Source: a virus (lineage: Duplodnaviria; Caudoviricetes). Taken from it: a stretch of 64,000 nucleotides of DNA. Location of the stretch: IMG/VR virus record IMGVR_UViG_3300028364_000013, one strand, 5' to 3'. A program made the translations under genes and the position numbers. This document shows positions 18,312 to 28,299 of this stretch, in pieces. The notes under the pieces were generated by a model. It was given only the letters and a program-made list of their open reading frames with translations. It did no database searches and was not told the origin of the DNA. The number at the start of each line of letters is the position of its first letter. Position 1 is the stretch's first letter.

Positions 18312-19463
18312 TTGAGAGAAGTGATAACTTACTGCACAGAACTTATTCCAACAAACCCAGATGACATGAGCTTAATCATGAGCATCATGGAGGAATTTCG
18401 CTCTGTCGTTAATGAAGCAAGTCAAATTCAGTTCTCTAATCTTAAGGATTTAAGCGCACTCAAGGCATTGCATAACACTTTTTATCACCCAACAAGAGAA
18501 TCTCACCCTAATTTCCCTTCTCAAATGGTCATTCGTGCCGAGATGGAGTGCCTTGCATCATATAAAGCAATCAAATCCAACAAGCACAAAATATCGAGGC
18601 CATTCGAGAAACATAATCTCTCGATGAGACTTGACAAGAGACTTTATTCTCACGTCAAGGGCGAGCCAACGAAGATAAAGATAACAACCAAAGAAAAGAA
18701 GAAAGAATTCTCAATTGTCCTTTATCCGAAGCTTGAGGAATTAATGAGCAAGCATCAATTTGTTGACCCACTTATATTTGTTCGTGATGGCAAACTAATG
18801 ATTGCGCTGACTTTTGACAATGCAATTGAGCCTGTCAAGTCCACTCTTTGTCTTGGGGTTGACCTTGGCATCCGAAGGGTTGCTGCGCTTTCTGATGGCA
18901 GACTCATCATCGACAAAAAGTTTAACAAAGAAAAGAGAGAACTTCGATATAAGAAGAGGTGTCTCCAGTCCAAGGGAACCAAGAGCTCAAGAAAGCACTT
19001 AAAAAAGCTAAGGAGAAAAGAAAGAGACAAGAACAAGAATCAAACACATCTTGTTGCCAATGAAATCCTCAAGACAAGTGCAAATGTGATTGCGCTGGAG
19101 AACCTAAAGGGAATAAAGGCAAAGAAATATAAAACACAAAATAAAAATGGAGTGAGTCAAGTTCCGTTCTTCGAATTAAGAAGAGTTTTGACTTATAAGG
19201 CCGAGAACATGGGAAAACATGTTTGTTTGGTTTCGCCAGCATATACCAGTCAAATCGACTCTGTTTCAGGAATCCGAGAGGGTGAACGAAGAGGAGTTAG
19301 ATTTTATGCAAAGTCAGGCTTGGTATATGATGCAGACATTAATGCTGCAGTTAACATCGCTCGAAGGAGCAAACACCCCATCTCGCAAGGAAGCTTGCTT
19401 GACGGGCAGGGCGTTGTCAATCGCCCAATCGCATGTCAGCCCAAGACGACCATCACGGTCTGA
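18312..19463 (+). CDS. tnpB: TnpB RNA-guided endonuclease (IS200/IS605/IS607 superfamily), no TnpA
   Basis: RuvC-I LGVDLGIRR, RuvC-II IALENL, RuvC-III DADINAAVNI, SPAYTSQ; C4 zinc finger absent. Confidence 0.9.
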   Translation: MREVITYCTELIPTNPDDMSLIMSIMEEFRSVVNEASQIQFSNLKDLSALKALHNTFYHPTRESHPNFPSQMVIRAEMECLASYKAIKSNKHKISRPFEKHNLSMRLDKRLYSHVKGEPTKIKITTKEKKKEFSIVLYPKLEELMSKHQFVDPLIFVRDGKLMIALTFDNAIEPVKSTLCLGVDLGIRRVAALSDGRLIIDKKFNKEKRELRYKKRCLQSKGTKSSRKHLKKLRRKERDKNKNQTHLVANEILKTSANVIALENLKGIKAKKYKTQNKNGVSQVPFFELRRVLTYKAENMGKHVCLVSPAYTSQIDSVSGIREGERRGVRFYAKSGLVYDADINAAVNIARRSKHPISQGSLLDGQGVVNRPIACQPKTTITV

Positions 19464-19511
19464 TTGGCATTGCAAGCCCATTCATCGCCTTGGCGTGGAT
19501 GGGTAATTGAC
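19464..19511 (+). ncRNA. TnpB right end / omegaRNA 3' scaffold
   Basis: AAGCCCATTCATCGCCTTGGCGTGGATGGGTAATTGAC hairpin; similar end at 57280-57318. Confidence 0.65.
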
Positions 19512-19626
19512 ACCTACATTCTACTAAGGTACTTAAGTGCTCTTTTCCCTTTTCAACTCGTGGCTTTACAGGCCATGGTGTCTATGAATATTGCACCACC
19601 CTCCCGACATTTGACTGTCGTTGCTC

Positions 19627-19905
19627 TTAAATATCGTTCATCTGCTCTTCGATAATCTTACGAACATCTTCAGCAGTTGGTTTCTTATAAATTGGCCAAG
19701 AACACATTGAGCAGCTACAAACTTTCCCTGTGTGTCTCATCCAGATTCCAGATTCTCCAGACTGGACTTCTTTCCAGTAATCAGCCCAACAAAGATTATC
19801 ATTGTTTATACTATAAGACCAGCTCCAGTCATAATAATTTCTGGCTCTTCTCTTTAGATGAACCTCTTTTTTGTACCTACGGTACGCTCTTTTCATGTTT
19901 TTCAT
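19627..19905 (-). CDS. hypothetical protein
   Basis: CSCSMC motif. Confidence 0.65.
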   Translation of the reverse strand: MKNMKRAYRRYKKEVHLKRRARNYYDWSWSYSINNDNLCWADYWKEVQSGESGIWMRHTGKVCSCSMCSWPIYKKPTAEDVRKIIEEQMNDI

Positions 19906-19988
19906 TTCTTACATTGTTATAGCTTGGTGTGCTTGAGTTGAGCACCAAGCTCATTACCTGTAAGAAATCTCTATTACTTTTTTCATTT

Positions 19989-20321
19989 TTATATTTTTTC
20001 AGCAAAACACAATACGTTTTCCTTATCTTTTCTTGATTTGTCTCCTTTTTCGTTGTCGAATCTAAAACCATTTCTGCTACTATACCACCAATCGACAATA
20101 GTATTAGATTTGTAGGCTTTGCTAAAAATAACACATTTGCCCTGCCACTTATCTTCTACATATTCCCAAAATTCTACTGGAGAAACAAGTTTATACATTT
20201 CACCACTATACTTAATAACAGAATCTTCACCATCCTTGTCAGACTTAACAGCATCAAAAAACACTTGACGCTCCTTGTAGAACACCTTCTTTTCTTTAAA
20301 TGTCTTATCTTTCCAACTCAT
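19989..20321 (-). CDS. hypothetical protein
   Basis: ORF in operon. Confidence 0.65.
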   Translation of the reverse strand: MSWKDKTFKEKKVFYKERQVFFDAVKSDKDGEDSVIKYSGEMYKLVSPVEFWEYVEDKWQGKCVIFSKAYKSNTIVDWWYSSRNGFRFDNEKGDKSRKDKENVLCFAEKI

Positions 20322-20322
20322 A

Positions 20323-20577
20323 TTATTTTATCTTGTCCTCTACGTATTTGCTTTGTTCTTCTTCAGATAGGTCAGAAAAAAACTGAACCGCTATTGCCTT
20401 ACCTTCAAGGATAAGTTTAGCCATTTTCTTTCTATCAGCTTTGGTTGTATATTCTTTATCATAATTTAAAGGTTTAGCTATTTGATAGCCTCTCAACATT
20501 TCGCCTTTAACATCAATTGTAAATTCACATTGATTTTCTGTTAAATCACCAATGTCATCAATTAAAATCGCCTTCAT
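20323..20577 (-). CDS. hypothetical protein
   Basis: ORF in operon. Confidence 0.65.
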   Translation of the reverse strand: MKAILIDDIGDLTENQCEFTIDVKGEMLRGYQIAKPLNYDKEYTTKADRKKMAKLILEGKAIAVQFFSDLSEEEQSKYVEDKIK

Positions 20578-20599
20578 AATACTTTTATTTTAAAAATTG

Positions 20600-20673
20600 T
20601 GACCCGTCCAGGATTCGAACCTGGGACCGCAAGTTTAGAAAACTTGTGCTCTATCCAACTGAGCTAACGGGCC
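20600..20673 (-). tRNA. tRNA-Arg(TCT)
   Basis: GGCCCGT acceptor, GCTC/GAGC D stem, CAAGT-TT TCT AA-ACTTG anticodon arm, CCAGG TTCGAAT CCTGG T arm; CCA not encoded. Confidence 0.95.
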
Positions 20674-20940
20674 GTCAAAATGACAATAAGATTGTTGGGT
20701 TTCCTATCTACGACTTCCACGTAGTTACAACGTACCACCCCTGTTTCCTAATGTCACTTTTTCCTTACTATCAGTTTTTCGGTCACAGAGCAAAAGCATG
20801 TCTTAAGTTACTTTTACTCCCCCTCAGTCTTATGTAAGTTAGACTGATATTTTAAATGTCAAAAAAGACAAGAAGTGTATGGCATAACATAAATAAAAAT
20901 AGGCTTCCTCAACTCCTATTAATACACTTCTTATCTATCG

Positions 20941-21013
20941 TGAATGTAACAAGAGTCGAACTTGCAACACTCCCCAACGGTTGTCGGGGCGCTTACCAAT
21001 AAGCTTTACACCC
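20941..21013 (-). ncRNA. tRNA-like element with aberrant anticodon arm
   Basis: Acceptor GGGTGTA/TACATTC, D arm, T loop TTCGACT; anticodon arm CCCCGAC-AACC-GTTGGGG lacks a 7-nt loop. Confidence 0.6.
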
Positions 21014-21133
21014 AGGTCCCAGTTTATCGTACTGGGGAACCAACATTAGACTGCAGACCTTAGTGTTGACAACGGGCAAGATTTAATTGAGTTCTCATTT
21101 GTGCTGCTATCCTGCCAGAAACGCACACGCTTT

Positions 21134-21688
21134 TTACATATTCGAAGCCCTTAATTGTTCTTCGTGAGTTTCTTTATTATTTTCTGCTATTAAAGTTGCA
21201 AGTTTCTTAGATTTTGCTTCGCATATGTCTACAAAAAAATCTTCATTGCTATCCCATGCTTCACCCTTAACTTTATTCATTATCAAATGAATTGATGCAT
21301 GTCTAAATATTGGATAAAATATTTCCCAATCAATATTGGCAATTTTCTCAACCTGCCACTTAATCCACTCTTCTTTCAAAAGTTCTTCATAAATAGTTTC
21401 CTCCTTGTTGGCCATATGTTTTCTAACAGCTCTTGCTCTAATTATCTCTCTTTCTTGTGAAGACATTTGCTTTTCCACTTCAAGGTCAATGTTAACTAAA
21501 TCACAACCTTCAAGTTCAAATTTCATCCTGCACCCACAATATTCATCATAAGTGTATTGGTCATCAACAAAATTGCTTAACAAAATATTAAGCAAACCCA
21601 TTTCTTTCTTAACAGACGCAGAGTGGTCAATGAAGTTTGTTTCAAGGTTGTTTTTAATATCTTCTTTTAAGTTTTCTATATCTGACAT
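21134..21688 (-). CDS. hypothetical protein
   Basis: ORF downstream of promoter motif near 21697-21722. Confidence 0.7.
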   Translation of the reverse strand: MSDIENLKEDIKNNLETNFIDHSASVKKEMGLLNILLSNFVDDQYTYDEYCGCRMKFELEGCDLVNIDLEVEKQMSSQEREIIRARAVRKHMANKEETIYEELLKEEWIKWQVEKIANIDWEIFYPIFRHASIHLIMNKVKGEAWDSNEDFFVDICEAKSKKLATLIAENNKETHEEQLRASNM

Positions 21689-21721
21689 ACTAATGTTATA
21701 CGTTTATTTTTTACTAATGTT

Positions 21722-22375
21722 CTACTCTTGCAAGCTTTTTATAGCCTTAAGTATTTTTTTGTTTGCAGAACTAATTTGACACTTAAGGTTTGGAAAGTTA
21801 TTATTGCTTATTATCATATCAGCATGACTGCATCTAACTTCTTCGGAAACCTGATTATTCATCCTATCAATTACATCTTGTCTTGTACAATTGTCACGAG
21901 CCATAACTCTTTCAATTCTAACAGAATCTTCAGCTGTCACTACAACGATATAATCAAATTTATGATGAATATCAAGTTCTATTGCAATTGCAGCTTCCTC
22001 AATCACATATTCTGAATCTTTTAATATAGTTTCCTGGACCTCACACCAGTCTTCAAAAGCTTCTCCAACAGCTGGATGAACAATTTCATTTAGTATATCC
22101 AACTTATCTTTATCATTAAATACAATACTGGCAAGCTTCTTTCTATCTAATTCCTCTTTAACAGAAACTTTCTTTTTGTCATACTTCTTAACGTATATAT
22201 CATCTCCAAAGTACTTTTTGACATTCATCATTATAAACGGATTTGTATCCATCAAACTTCTGGCTGCCTCATCAGAATAGAACACTGGCACTCCAAGTTC
22301 TTCAAACAATTTGCAGGCCGTTGTTTTTCCTGACCCAATAGAACCCGTAACTAACACTCTAAACAATTTACTCAT
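21722..22375 (-). CDS. coaE: dephospho-CoA kinase
   Basis: VTGSIGSGKTT, vFYSDE, L..IVHPAV, R..RVMARD; start taken as MSKLFRV at 22375. Confidence 0.9.
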   Translation of the reverse strand: MSKLFRVLVTGSIGSGKTTACKLFEELGVPVFYSDEAARSLMDTNPFIMMNVKKYFGDDIYVKKYDKKKVSVKEELDRKKLASIVFNDKDKLDILNEIVHPAVGEAFEDWCEVQETILKDSEYVIEEAAIAIELDIHHKFDYIVVVTAEDSVRIERVMARDNCTRQDVIDRMNNQVSEEVRCSHADMIISNNNFPNLKCQISSANKKILKAIKSLQE

Positions 22376-23102
22376 ATTTATACTTCCATTTAAAACCACA
22401 AGATGTTTTATTAACATCTCTACAACACTTGCTAATAGCTGCATAGGTCACTCCCATGAAATCAGCCGCTTCTTTACATCCAACAAATTCGTTAATAACT
22501 TTTTCATTTGAATTTATCTGTTGAACTATTTTTGAGGATTTTTTTCCTCCAATTTTATAGCCTTTTTTACCTTTATTCCAAGATTCATCACCTTTTTTAA
22601 GTCTACTTTTTTTACCATTCTCTAAAAAAATCTCAATATTACCTGGCAATTTTCCCCCTCTTGTTTCAGACATTTTTTCCTTAGTCTTATTACTATGCTT
22701 TTTTCCTAAGTTACATTGCCTTAAATGTTCTTTAGCTTCTTCGCTCATACTCTTTCCTTTGTTCCAAGAAACATTGCCTTTTTTAAAAGAAGTTTTATTT
22801 GCAAACGTACAGCCATCTCCGCCATTAGTGTTGTTTGTCAATTTAAAACCCCATGTTTTAAATTGACAAATCCAATAAGACTCCCAAAATGACCAATCTT
22901 CAACAAGAACTTCATCTATAACTTCTAAAATTGGTTTTTTATTTTCATTTAATAATTTATTAATCCAATTAACTTTATGTGTTTTCTTTTTACTCTTAGA
23001 GCAATGTTTATAATATCTTCTCTTTGGGTTATTTGATTTACCAACATATCTAACAAAGTTTGTGTCTGGGTCAATTAAAACGTAAATAAATGTTGTATTC
23101 AT
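22368..23102 (-). CDS. GIY-YIG homing endonuclease with NUMOD3/NUMOD1 repeats
   Basis: FIYVL...YVGKS..P.RRY..H; HS..TK.KMS; C-terminal NUMOD1-like helix. Confidence 0.85.
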   Translation of the reverse strand: MNTTFIYVLIDPDTNFVRYVGKSNNPKRRYYKHCSKSKKKTHKVNWINKLLNENKKPILEVIDEVLVEDWSFWESYWICQFKTWGFKLTNNTNGGDGCTFANKTSFKKGNVSWNKGKSMSEEAKEHLRQCNLGKKHSNKTKEKMSETRGGKLPGNIEIFLENGKKSRLKKGDESWNKGKKGYKIGGKKSSKIVQQINSNEKVINEFVGCKEAADFMGVTYAAISKCCRDVNKTSCGFKWKYKYE

Positions 23103-23137
23103 GATAGTGTTTTATCATAAATACACAGAAATTTATT

Positions 23138-23185
23138 TTACTCCAGCCCACTTCCAATTCCTCCAGTTACAAGTACTTTATACAT
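23138..23185 (-). pseudogene. stub of original coaE 5' end
   Basis: MYKVLVTGGIGSGLE*: CoaE P-loop start. Confidence 0.75.
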
Positions 23186-23194
23186 AATCAATAT

Positions 23195-24766
23195 TTAAAA
23201 TGGAAAATCATTTACTTCAGCTAAATCCCTTGCTTCCTCTACTCTTTTTCCTTGAACTAAATCTTCAAGTATTGCAGCTCCTTTTTGGATTATTTCTCTC
23301 TTTGTTTCTTTCATACCTTCAACTTCATGAGTTCTAAATCTTATTGGGCTTTTTTCCAAAGGAAGAATGTCATATCTCTCACACATTAACTCAAGGCTTT
23401 TCTTTATTGCTTCAGGAGCATCATAGTTAAATTTCCCCTTAAGTTGCGCAATTTTGAATTCGTACTCAGAAGGGTCATCAACATTTTTTGCTTTCTCTTC
23501 TGCAACTTGCTCTTCTTTAGTCATAAACCATTTTGGAAGAGCTTCTTCATCCTCTTCTTTTTTCTTTTTGGTTGCATTAATTTGAAGCGTGTATCTTTCG
23601 TCATTAAACAAAAGACTGTAAATAGCGCAGTATCCTGTGTTTATGTTACTCTTGTAACCATGAACACAATGATGAAGCATTTCGCTTTCGTGGTCCAGTC
23701 TACGAGCTGTTTTTATCTTCTCAACTTCCATCTCTGGAGTAGATTTAATGTTTGGATATATTTTAGCAACCTTTAACTTACCACCACCCTCTTTCTTCTT
23801 TAAAATATCTCTACTTATTTTATCGTGTTTTTTCTTAATGGTAACGTAAGAGCTCATATTCAAATTTATCTCTTCCCCTTCTTCTTCAGCCATGTTGAAG
23901 TAATCAATCAAAATGGTTCTCTCACATCTATTGTCCTTGCATAGAAAATAATAATACAGCAACAACTTACTCTCTTCTCCATTAGTAAGAAGGTGCTTGA
24001 TTTGACTGCTATTTTCTTTTATGAAATTGGTAATTGAGTGAATTTTATTTGGATTAATTAACCTATAAAGCTTAATTACTTGATTTACAGACATAAATTT
24101 AAACAAAACTTTAGCTGGCATCAAACCACATTCAAAATTTACAGCTTCAGAAATAGAACTGGCTTTTCTTGAGTTTTTATTTTGAATTGATATGGTTTCA
24201 ACTTCTTTTAAATTTTCAACCCAACCTTGTCCACCAAGCATTGTGCTCATCAAAACTCTTACTTCATTTTCTTTTATAAATGAATTAATTACAAATGAAT
24301 GCCAATTTTTAAGAGACAGCCATCTCTTACCACCAATGAGGACATAGTTTTTGGTATTTACTTTAAATGCTATTTGTTTTTTTGCAATAACCAAAATTCT
24401 ATCTATCTTAGAATTGTGAGGAGCTCTAATGCTTGTGTCGTGGTCATACATCTCCAATGAATCATAAGTTTTTGAATACCTTAAAACTCTATTGTCATGA
24501 GAGCCATATACAAACCCTTTGTGATTTGACCTTGGGATTAGCTTGTTTATTTTTTCATCTTTTACATCAGGAACAAGCATGCAAGGCAAAGTGCCATGTT
24601 TAATTACATAATCTTTGATGCACTTAAACTCTTCTCTGGATACAGTGTCTCCATTATAAAAATAACTCTCTCTAACCCAGTAGATAAAGTGTTCAGTTTC
24701 AAAGTGAGAATTTGGTTTAAAATTCTTTAAAATTTCATCAATTATTTTTTGCTTTTCCTTTGTCAT
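23195..24766 (-). CDS. PcfJ-like domain protein
   Basis: DYFNMA...KKHD; L..ESEMLHHCVHGY; RYTLQI; QLKGKFN. Confidence 0.7.
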   Translation of the reverse strand: MTKEKQKIIDEILKNFKPNSHFETEHFIYWVRESYFYNGDTVSREEFKCIKDYVIKHGTLPCMLVPDVKDEKINKLIPRSNHKGFVYGSHDNRVLRYSKTYDSLEMYDHDTSIRAPHNSKIDRILVIAKKQIAFKVNTKNYVLIGGKRWLSLKNWHSFVINSFIKENEVRVLMSTMLGGQGWVENLKEVETISIQNKNSRKASSISEAVNFECGLMPAKVLFKFMSVNQVIKLYRLINPNKIHSITNFIKENSSQIKHLLTNGEESKLLLYYYFLCKDNRCERTILIDYFNMAEEEGEEINLNMSSYVTIKKKHDKISRDILKKKEGGGKLKVAKIYPNIKSTPEMEVEKIKTARRLDHESEMLHHCVHGYKSNINTGYCAIYSLLFNDERYTLQINATKKKKEEDEEALPKWFMTKEEQVAEEKAKNVDDPSEYEFKIAQLKGKFNYDAPEAIKKSLELMCERYDILPLEKSPIRFRTHEVEGMKETKREIIQKGAAILEDLVQGKRVEEARDLAEVNDFPF

Positions 24767-25140
24767 ACGTAAGTTCTTCCTGGTTTATCAATTGAGTCTT
24801 TAAGGTTTTTCTCATTATTAGTCTGAGTTTTCTTAAGAACCTTTCTATACTCATTCTCTATCATTTTGAATCTTTCGTTCATTCTGTTGATATAAACAAT
24901 GGCAGCATATTTATTGAGTTCATCAATAGTTTTCTGCTTTAAAATCCACATGCAATATCTGGTAACATTATAAATCTGATGGATGGTCTTGAAATCCTCT
25001 GGAGATTTATTCACATAACTCCCCTTAGCAAAAACAAGCTTTCTTTTAGAATTAACATTAAAATAGTCGCAATGATATATGTCTACACCTTCTAAATCTT
25101 GTATCATGTTAATCAGTTTTGTTCCCGTCTCGCTTGTCAA
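24763..25140 (-). CDS. hypothetical protein
   Basis: ORF in operon. Confidence 0.6.
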   Translation of the reverse strand: MTSETGTKLINMIQDLEGVDIYHCDYFNVNSKRKLVFAKGSYVNKSPEDFKTIHQIYNVTRYCMWILKQKTIDELNKYAAIVYINRMNERFKMIENEYRKVLKKTQTNNEKNLKDSIDKPGRTYV

Positions 25141-26083
25141 TTAATTTTTTAAGCTTTGCAGCTTTCTCGTAATCCTCAGAATCATGAGCCTCTTGTAGCT
25201 GCTCTTCAAGATAAATTTTAGAACCTTCTGACAATGCAATTATCACATTATCAACCTCATCTTGACTGCTTATTCCAGTTGGCTCTGCTTTAGGGTATAG
25301 AACATCCCAGAAAGTAATATTATCATCTTCCTGCAGGTTCTCATCAATCATCGCATCAATTTCTCCAGTTACAGTTTCCCAATTTTTAGTATTCTCTTCC
25401 ATGGTGCCTTCTTCAATCCACTTCTCCATCTGCTCATTTTGCTTTACCAAATCTTTTCTTTGAGCATCTCTTTCTTCTGGCTTACCATAGAAACTTATTT
25501 CACGCAAAATAGATGAAATTACTTGATAGGATGTTACTGGCTTGTAACTCGCTTTAATTATAGCATCCAATTCGTCTTCATAAGTTTTTGAATTGTGGAC
25601 TTCAAATGAATTGTCTATGAATAGTAAATTGTTCTTTATTTCTCCCAGAGAAGAAAAAGCAATAGAAATTCCATATTCTTCCTTATCAATATCTTTATTG
25701 ATTCTTCCAAATGCATCAAAAGAAAGGTAATCTATAAAATCAACATCACCATTGTATTCATATACATCACAAATCCAGGAAAGCCTAAGTCTGTATTCTT
25801 GATTTTCAAAAACAACATCAATATCCCTCTCATAGTCACTTATGAAATCTTCAATAACATTACCTCTAAGCTCAGATGCGAAAAGTATGTTAAAAAAATC
25901 TTTGTGAAATATAATCAAATCAAACAGTCTGCCGAAAGTTAAATCCTCTCCAAGCTCAATATCCTCCCCAAGACTAAATAGTACATCATCAACACCAATC
26001 TCTTTGACTGTATCTGAATCTGGCTTAGTACTTTTTAATGTAAATGGGGAACGATAGATTTTATCTTTAGTTATCGTTATCAT
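25109..26083 (-). CDS. hypothetical protein with C-terminal UVR-like motif
   Basis: LQEAHDSEDYEKAAKLKKLI. Confidence 0.7.
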   Translation of the reverse strand: MITITKDKIYRSPFTLKSTKPDSDTVKEIGVDDVLFSLGEDIELGEDLTFGRLFDLIIFHKDFFNILFASELRGNVIEDFISDYERDIDVVFENQEYRLRLSWICDVYEYNGDVDFIDYLSFDAFGRINKDIDKEEYGISIAFSSLGEIKNNLLFIDNSFEVHNSKTYEDELDAIIKASYKPVTSYQVISSILREISFYGKPEERDAQRKDLVKQNEQMEKWIEEGTMEENTKNWETVTGEIDAMIDENLQEDDNITFWDVLYPKAEPTGISSQDEVDNVIIALSEGSKIYLEEQLQEAHDSEDYEKAAKLKKLIDKRDGNKTD

Positions 26084-26707
26084 TTATTTGTCTTTAAACT
26101 TATCTCTTAATTTCTGAAGTGCGTCAAGGTCACCAAGTGTGCTCTTTTTTGAACCAGTGGACTGGTACGACTTCGGCTTTGATTTTCTTTTCTTAACCGC
26201 AATTCCAGGATGGAAAGGGTTCTTTGTCATCTGGTTAAGCAACCAGATAATATCTTTATCTCCAGCGAGATATTTATTCATTACCCAACCTACAAAGGCA
26301 AGATAAGATTCTTGAGACATATAAGTCTTGGTGTTTTTTCCCTGAAGCGCCAGCGTCTTTCCGTTAAGAAGTTGACTCATAGGTGTTGGGCTTGCAAAAA
26401 ACCCTCTTTCAGCATCAAAAGACCTTAAGAAGTCATCAAGATTCATTTTGAAGGAGTCTGTGTTGTTTGCTGCAATTACAGCTTCAACAGTCATCAGTTT
26501 GTCATGTGTGAATACGCAATGAACTCTTGGCTTTTTCTTTCCAACTTCTTTAGCTGGCTCAGACTGAGCTACTCCTACGCTTTTAAATGGTAGATATGAC
26601 CTAATTAGATGTGAAAAGAAAGCTTTGTTCTTTTGCTTTCCGCTTTCGTCTTTAAGATTATACATCTGTTCAATCTTGTCAACTATGTTTGTCTTTTTCT
26701 CTTCCAT
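26084..26707 (-). CDS. hypothetical protein
   Basis: 207-aa ORF. Confidence 0.7.
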   Translation of the reverse strand: MEEKKTNIVDKIEQMYNLKDESGKQKNKAFFSHLIRSYLPFKSVGVAQSEPAKEVGKKKPRVHCVFTHDKLMTVEAVIAANNTDSFKMNLDDFLRSFDAERGFFASPTPMSQLLNGKTLALQGKNTKTYMSQESYLAFVGWVMNKYLAGDKDIIWLLNQMTKNPFHPGIAVKKRKSKPKSYQSTGSKKSTLGDLDALQKLRDKFKDK

Positions 26708-26714
26708 TTTTATT

Positions 26715-27101
26715 TTAAATTATAATAAGTAAAGCAACGAACTGGAGCAACAAACTTACAAAAATTATTGCACCCATCAAAGAAATTTTTCTTAAAAAAT
26801 AACCACCTACTCCATTTTTTTCAACCAAAACTTGAATGTCGCTACCGAAAATACCTCTATCAATTAGGATGTAACTAAATAGAGATAATAAAACAACAAT
26901 CACCATTGAAGGTGGTTGGTAATCAATTTCATTCAATAAACTTGGGTCTTCTTTGAACCCTTCTGGAAGTTGAGAAAAAATAGTAAAAACAGAATCAAAT
27001 TCTGAACCTTGTCGGTAGATTCTCCCTTTAAGTTGTGTGTATTCAGAATCAGTCCAAGGAAGTGTGATGCAAATCATTTTATTTTTTTGTTCTTTTGCCA
27101 T
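26715..27101 (-). CDS. chimeric ORF: helicase motif VI fragment + membrane segment
   Basis: LPWTDSEYTQLKGRIYRQG followed by hydrophobic stretches. Confidence 0.45.
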   Translation of the reverse strand: MAKEQKNKMICITLPWTDSEYTQLKGRIYRQGSEFDSVFTIFSQLPEGFKEDPSLLNEIDYQPPSMVIVVLLSLFSYILIDRGIFGSDIQVLVEKNGVGGYFLRKISLMGAIIFVSLLLQFVALLIII

Positions 27102-27133
27102 CTGTACTTATACGAAATAAAAATTAAAATGTT

Positions 27134-27511
27134 TTAAAAAGGAAGGTCTTCTTGTAAAATAAATGAAATTTTACCTTCAGTTTCTTTTTCCTCCAGCTCA
27201 TAATAACTCCTTCCTGTTGAGAAGCTTTTGAACACTTTGTACCATGCAGATTCTTTTACATTCAAATAAGGCCAGTTTTTGTTACTCTTGCACCAAAACA
27301 TTGCAGTATTAACAAAATCTCTAAAAGAAAGAACGTGAAGTTTTTCTCCAAGAGCATTTTCAAAAACTACAGCTTCATCGGTCTCACAAATATATAAATA
27401 CGCAGAACCTTCATACAGCCCTTCAATAGTATAAACACCAGGCTTTGACTCTTTGATTTGAATTCCTGCCTCGTTACATTCTGCAGCTATTTTTTCTAAA
27501 ATTACATCCAT
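27134..27511 (-). CDS. hypothetical protein
   Basis: ORF in operon. Confidence 0.6.
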   Translation of the reverse strand: MDVILEKIAAECNEAGIQIKESKPGVYTIEGLYEGSAYLYICETDEAVVFENALGEKLHVLSFRDFVNTAMFWCKSNKNWPYLNVKESAWYKVFKSFSTGRSYYELEEKETEGKISFILQEDLPF

Positions 27512-28194
27512 TAGTCTCTATTAAATATGAAGTCATCGACTCCTTGATTTGCGAAGTAAAGATAGTGCCTTTCTTCCAAACCTAAAAATTTTATTACCTT
27601 AAATTCAAAATCAATTTCATAACTGTCTATCACATAACCTTCTCCTTCAAGCTTACTTCGATGATATTCAACGTATTGCTTAAATTTATCAGCAGAAACA
27701 ATTGCGTGTATTTTTCCTCCACCACACCCTATTTTATAGAATGTCCATAAATTTGATTCTCCATCCTCTTTGTAGAATTCAACTTCTATACCACGCTCCT
27801 TATACATCTCCATGGCAATTTTTTGACCTTCACCATATCTTGGATGGTCCCAATCTGGCTCTGGAGCAACAACTCTCTTAAATCCTTTTGTCGTAATCTC
27901 ACCTGCGCAAATAGAACAGGTAAAGAACGTGCAGTAAAGCGTCATCCCTTTAAGCGGTATGTCAGCTTCAAGAATACAATTTCTTTCTGCGTGAATCGTC
28001 CAATGATGTTTCTCTGGCGATTCATGTCTGCAAGCAATATCATCATTCACTCCTCTTGGAAAACCGTTGAAGCCTACGCTTACAATTTTCTTTTCATCAT
28101 CAACAATTACAGCGCCAACGCCAGTTCCTTTATCTTTTGACCAGGTGGCTGCCATCTTGGCCAGGTCCATAAAACGCTTGTCCCACTTATTCAT
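27511..28194 (-). CDS. dCMP deaminase with extra C-terminal domain
   Basis: SKD..T.VGAVIV, GFNGFPRG, HAERN, C..CA. Confidence 0.88.
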   Translation of the reverse strand: MNKWDKRFMDLAKMAATWSKDKGTGVGAVIVDDEKKIVSVGFNGFPRGVNDDIACRHESPEKHHWTIHAERNCILEADIPLKGMTLYCTFFTCSICAGEITTKGFKRVVAPEPDWDHPRYGEGQKIAMEMYKERGIEVEFYKEDGESNLWTFYKIGCGGGKIHAIVSADKFKQYVEYHRSKLEGEGYVIDSYEIDFEFKVIKFLGLEERHYLYFANQGVDDFIFNRD

Positions 28195-28299
28195 ACTAAA
28201 TTTTTTTCAATTTATCTACATCGTAAGAAACATCTATAATGGCATTTATAATACCAGGCATTTCAAATTCATTTTCACATTTTTCACAATAAAAGTACA

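Noticed and set aside
18312-19463. Cas12f effector
   Set aside because: No CRISPR array; an IS-type right end follows, so TnpB is the better call
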